A stretch of 64,000 bases of DNA from Chloroflexota bacterium (GTDB lineage: Bacteria; Chloroflexota; Dehalococcoidia; UBA2247; RBG-13-53-26). This document shows positions 60,386 through 64,000 of this stretch, piece after piece (position 1 is the first letter of the stretch; every line of letters begins with the position of its first letter). A program made the position numbers and the translations under genes. The notes below the pieces were generated by a model, which saw nothing but the letters and a program-made list of their open reading frames with translations, ran no database searches and had not been told where the DNA came from. The stretch covers positions 66,716 through 130,715 of the forward strand of contig VGOM01000003.1 of assembly GCA_016875915.1 (NCBI GenBank), written 5' to 3'.

Positions 60386-61807
60386 ATGATAGGAATCTGT
60401 TCGTACGGCGCATATGTACCCCTTTACAGACTGGCCCGGGAGATCATGGTCCTTGAGGGCAAAGGGGGTGCAGGCGAAAGGGCGGTTGCCGGGGCCGATG
60501 AAGATGCCCTGACCATGGCCGTTGACGCCATCCTCGACTGCACCAAGGGTATGGACCGCGGCTCGGTCGAGGCGCTGCTCACTGCCACCACCTCATCGCC
60601 GTTTGCGGAGAAGCAGTTGGCCGCCGCCGCAGCAGCCGCAGTCGATCTCAACGACAACATCATCACCGCTGACCTCACCGCTTCGCTCAAGGCGGGGCTG
60701 ACCGCCCTGAAGCTGGCCGCCGACATGGTCAAGGCCGGCTCGGCCAAGAAGGTCATGGTCGCCGCCACCGACTGCCGCCTGGGCACGCCGCTGTCCCCCG
60801 TGGAGTCCAACTCCGGCGACGGCGCCGCCGCCCTGCTCGTCGGTGACAAGGACGCCATCGCCACCATCGAAGGCTTCTACACCTTCGCCACCGACTTCAC
60901 CGACACCTGGAGGCCGGCCACCGACAAGTTCGTCCATGTCTGGAGCGACCGGTTCACCGTTGCCGAAGGCTACACCCCCATGATGCAGAAGGCCATCGCC
61001 GCTGCCATGAAGAAGTTCGGGGTCGAGGCCAAGGACATCTCCAAGCTGGTCTACAGCGGTCCCGACGCCAGGACCCATGCCGGCATCGCTGCCGCCCTGA
61101 AGTTCGACCCCAAGACCCAGTTACAGGACGGCCTCTTCGGTGTCATGGGCAACACCGGCGCTGCCTTCCCCCTGATGCTCCTGGTCGCCGCTCTGGAGCA
61201 GGCCAAGCCGGGTGACACCATCCTGGTCGCTGCCTGGGGTGACGGCGTGGACGTCATGCTTCTCAAGGTCACCGACGCCATCGAGAAGGCCAGGGACAGG
61301 CACGGTGTGCTGGGCTATCTGAAGTCCAAGAAGATGCTCCCCAGCTACGTCAAGTACCTCCGGCTGCGCCACCTCTTCTACTATGAAGCCTCCCGGATGA
61401 CCCCCATCACCCCAGGGTTGGCACAGCTCTGGAGGGAGAGGGACTCGATGTACAAGCTGCATGCCAGCAAGTGCAAGCAGTGCGGCTGGCTGGAGTTCCC
61501 CATCCGCCGCATCTGCCCCAAGTGCTACTCCAAGGACAGCTACGATCAGGTGAGACTGCTGGAGCAGAAGGTCAAAGTGTACAGCTTCAGCACCGATACC
61601 ATCCCCACCATCCCCGAGGTCACCGACCCGCCGCTGGGCCGGGCCATCGTCGACTTCGAGGGCGGTGCCAGGCTGGAGCTTGAGATGACGGACTTCGGCA
61701 ACATCCAGGATATGAAGATTGGTCAGCCCATGGAGATGACCTTCCGGAGGCTGGAGAGGCAGGGAGACGTCGCTGCCTATGCCTGGAAGTGCAAGCCGGT
61801 GCGATAA
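60386..61807 (+). CDS. HMG-CoA-synthase-like (thiolase-fold) domain fused to a DUF35 zinc-ribbon/OB-fold domain
   Basis: N-terminal GICSYGAYVPLYRL, as in archaeal HMGCS; C-terminal CKQCGW...CPKCYS zinc ribbon + OB. The position of the catalytic Cys appears to be Ser/Leu (TASLKAG). Confidence 0.7.
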   Translation: MIGICSYGAYVPLYRLAREIMVLEGKGGAGERAVAGADEDALTMAVDAILDCTKGMDRGSVEALLTATTSSPFAEKQLAAAAAAAVDLNDNIITADLTASLKAGLTALKLAADMVKAGSAKKVMVAATDCRLGTPLSPVESNSGDGAAALLVGDKDAIATIEGFYTFATDFTDTWRPATDKFVHVWSDRFTVAEGYTPMMQKAIAAAMKKFGVEAKDISKLVYSGPDARTHAGIAAALKFDPKTQLQDGLFGVMGNTGAAFPLMLLVAALEQAKPGDTILVAAWGDGVDVMLLKVTDAIEKARDRHGVLGYLKSKKMLPSYVKYLRLRHLFYYEASRMTPITPGLAQLWRERDSMYKLHASKCKQCGWLEFPIRRICPKCYSKDSYDQVRLLEQKVKVYSFSTDTIPTIPEVTDPPLGRAIVDFEGGARLELEMTDFGNIQDMKIGQPMEMTFRRLERQGDVAAYAWKCKPVR

Positions 61808-61817
61808 GAAGGAGGAA

Positions 61818-63005
61818 ATGATGGGTACCATAAAAGACAAAGTTGCCATAGTCGGAATGGGTTGCACCAATTTCGGGGACCTCTGGAGCAAAGGCGTCTC
61901 CGACATGATCATCGACAGTGCCTACGAGGCCTACCAGGATGCCGGGGTCGGACCCAAGGACATCGAGGCGGTTTTCGTCGGCAACGTCTCCTCCAGCATG
62001 TGGACCGGGGCCACGGTGACCGAGGCCCTTCAGTTGGACAAGATCCCCGCCACCAGGGTGGAGAACAACTGCGCCACCGCCGCCGAGGCTCTCAGGGTGG
62101 GTGCCTTCTCCATCGCCGCCGGCATGTACGACACCGTCCTCTGCGTCGGCTTCGAGAAGCTGAAGGACTACGGCAGCGGCGCTCTGGAGATGCCCGGCTC
62201 GCTGCACCCCATCTCTGTGGTCGGCTCGGCGCCTGGCTCCTTCGCCAAGTCTGCCGTGCAGTACTTCGAGAAGTACCAGATCCCCTTCCAGAAGGGCAAG
62301 GAGATGCTGGCCAAGATCGCCGTGAAGAACCACGCCAACGGCGCCCTGCACCCCAAGGCCCACTTCCGCCGGGCCATCACCCTGGAGACGGCCATGAATG
62401 CCCCCATCATCGCCTGGCCGCTGGGGCTCTTCGACTGCTGCCCGGTCACCGACGGGGCGGCCTGCGCCGTCATCACCAGCGCCGAGAAGGCCAAGGCCAT
62501 GAAGAAGCCCCACGTTCTGATCAAGGGACTGGGACTGGCCGTCGGCCGCATAGACCCGTTCAAGGGCAAGTTCCGCTCCGATGTTGACATCACCTTCTGG
62601 GACGAGACCTGGGCGGCGGCCCAGCAGGCCTATCAGCAGGCCGGGGTCAAGGACCCCCGCACGGAGATCGGCTCCGCCGAGGTCCACGACTGCTTCACCA
62701 TCACTGAGCTGATCATCTACGAGTCGCTGGGATTCTGCCCCCGCGGCAAGGGCCCCGAAGAGGTGGAGAAGGACTCCTTCACCCTGACGGGTGATCTGCC
62801 GGTCAACACCGACGGCGGACTGAAGTCCTTCGGCCATCCAGTTGGCGCCAGCGGTCTGCGCATGGTCTACGAGCTGTACAACCAGCAGCTTGGCAGAGCC
62901 GACAAGCGGCAGCTGAAGAATCCCAAGCTCGGTCTGGCCCATTCCCAGGGCGGCACGCCGGGCATGTTCCAGGCGTCTGTGACCATCGTTGGTCCCGGTA
63001 ACTAG
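61818..63005 (+). CDS. SCP-x-type (nonspecific lipid-transfer) thiolase
   Basis: VAIVGMGCT active-site Cys region; C-terminal HxxGAxG (GHPVGASG); AAGGAGG RBS. Confidence 0.85.
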   Translation: MMGTIKDKVAIVGMGCTNFGDLWSKGVSDMIIDSAYEAYQDAGVGPKDIEAVFVGNVSSSMWTGATVTEALQLDKIPATRVENNCATAAEALRVGAFSIAAGMYDTVLCVGFEKLKDYGSGALEMPGSLHPISVVGSAPGSFAKSAVQYFEKYQIPFQKGKEMLAKIAVKNHANGALHPKAHFRRAITLETAMNAPIIAWPLGLFDCCPVTDGAACAVITSAEKAKAMKKPHVLIKGLGLAVGRIDPFKGKFRSDVDITFWDETWAAAQQAYQQAGVKDPRTEIGSAEVHDCFTITELIIYESLGFCPRGKGPEEVEKDSFTLTGDLPVNTDGGLKSFGHPVGASGLRMVYELYNQQLGRADKRQLKNPKLGLAHSQGGTPGMFQASVTIVGPGN

Positions 63006-63197
63006 GACATACACGGAATCGAAAGCGTTCGCTGGGGCGGCGGGTGCTGCCCCAGCATGGCCCTTCATCAGGAAGGGCCGGTGATGCCGATGTGTAAACG
63101 CGACTGCCATCCCCGGTTGTGGCAGGCCAAGTATGGTCAGGCATCAGTCGACTTGCCACTGACTTCACCCGGCCATCTGCGGTTCTAAGGAGGACTC

Positions 63198-64000
63198 ATG
63201 GATTTCGCCTTCACCCCCGAGCAGGAAGCCTGGCGGCGGGAGATACAGGATTTCCTCAAAGACAATCCCCCCGAGAAGTTCCCCACCCAGTCCGGAGAGG
63301 ACTCCTGGGGACATGGTGCCTTCTCCTACGAGTTCGTCCGCCTCCTCGGTCAGAAGAACTGGATCCCCCTGACCTGGCCCAAGAGGTACGGCGGCTCCGA
63401 GCGGTCCAATATGGACCTGATGATCCTTTTTGAGGAGCTGGCCTGGGCCCGGGTTCCCTGGGCGGCCGGCGCCATCTGCTGGTCCATGGCCAACACCATC
63501 CTGGACATGGGCAGCGAGGAGCTGAAGCAGGAGTTCCTGCCCGGAATAGGGAAGGGCGAGACCATCCTCTGGCTGGCCATGAGCGAGCCGGATGCCGGCT
63601 CCGACCTGCTGGCCCTGCGGACCACCGCCGTGGAGCAGGACGACTGCTTCCTGGTCAACGGCCAGAAGGTCTGGAGCTCTCTGGCCCACATCTCTCAGTA
63701 CGGCTTTCTCTTCGTCCGCACGGAGACCGACCCCAAGGTGCCCAAGTGGGCCTCCATCAGCACCCTCATTCTGGACAAGAGCCTGCCGGGGGTCACTGTT
63801 GTGCCCATGGTCAGCATGCTGGGAGAGGTCTTCCACACTGAGGTCTTCCTGGACAACGTCCGGGTGCCCAAGCGGCACCTCCTGGGTCAGAAGAACCAGG
63901 CGGTCCTGCACCTGGCCAAGACACTGGAGTTCGACCGCTTCTGGGCCCGCTTCCCCAAGGCCCGTTTCTGCCAGAGGATCACCCACGACCTGGTTCAGTA
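63198..64000 (+). CDS. acyl-CoA dehydrogenase, 3'-truncated by the window edge
   Basis: MDFAFTPEQEAWRREI...; ACAD N-terminal and middle-domain motifs; AAGGAGG RBS at 63187. Not in the ORF track because it runs off the end. Confidence 0.75.
   Translation, partial: MDFAFTPEQEAWRREIQDFLKDNPPEKFPTQSGEDSWGHGAFSYEFVRLLGQKNWIPLTWPKRYGGSERSNMDLMILFEELAWARVPWAAGAICWSMANTILDMGSEELKQEFLPGIGKGETILWLAMSEPDAGSDLLALRTTAVEQDDCFLVNGQKVWSSLAHISQYGFLFVRTETDPKVPKWASISTLILDKSLPGVTVVPMVSMLGEVFHTEVFLDNVRVPKRHLLGQKNQAVLHLAKTLEFDRFWARFPKARFCQRITHDLVQ

Overview
This is a high-GC (~65%) chromosomal segment from an anaerobic bacterium. The bacterial assignment rests on housekeeping genes: mutL, fmt, polA, lspA and a dimeric-type glyRS. 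The main content is as follows. (1) A 15.5-kb single-strand operon on the minus strand (2344..17815) encodes the carbonyl branch of the Wood-Ljungdahl pathway. It contains acsE, archaeal-type cdhD-cdhA-cdhB-cdhC-cdhE and cooC, followed by an unknown ORF, NuoE/NuoF-like flavoprotein subunits and three tandem ADP-forming acyl-CoA synthetase alpha paralogs. (2) A Feo/DtxR iron-uptake module lies next to a four-subunit 2-oxoacid:ferredoxin oxidoreductase. (3) A fourth ACD-alpha paralog sits beside an unusual Cys-rich Fe-S protein. (4) Housekeeping genes include glyRS, an H+-pyrophosphatase and polA. (5) An accessory-looking stretch (43.6..50.6 kb) holds small or hypothetical genes, a ~840-aa secreted protein and repeated hairpin (REP-like) elements. 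(6) A putative metal(loid) cluster runs from a MoaD-like protein lacking GG through an ACR3 arsenite permease to an MtrA-like corrinoid domain fused to a CFeSP-type [4Fe-4S] domain. It is divergent from a PadR regulator and a protein in which about a quarter of the residues are Met. A collagen-like secreted protein lies just upstream. (7) An operon at 60.4 kb encodes an HMG-CoA-synthase-like/DUF35 fusion, an SCP-x thiolase and an acyl-CoA dehydrogenase, behind a strong promoter and a 245-nt leader. I found no rRNA, tRNA, CRISPR array or recognisable transposase/integrase. Many long antisense or overlapping ORFs in the six-frame track are spurious products of high GC. All gene calls rest on my reading of the translated ORFs and motif recognition; nothing was searched against a database.
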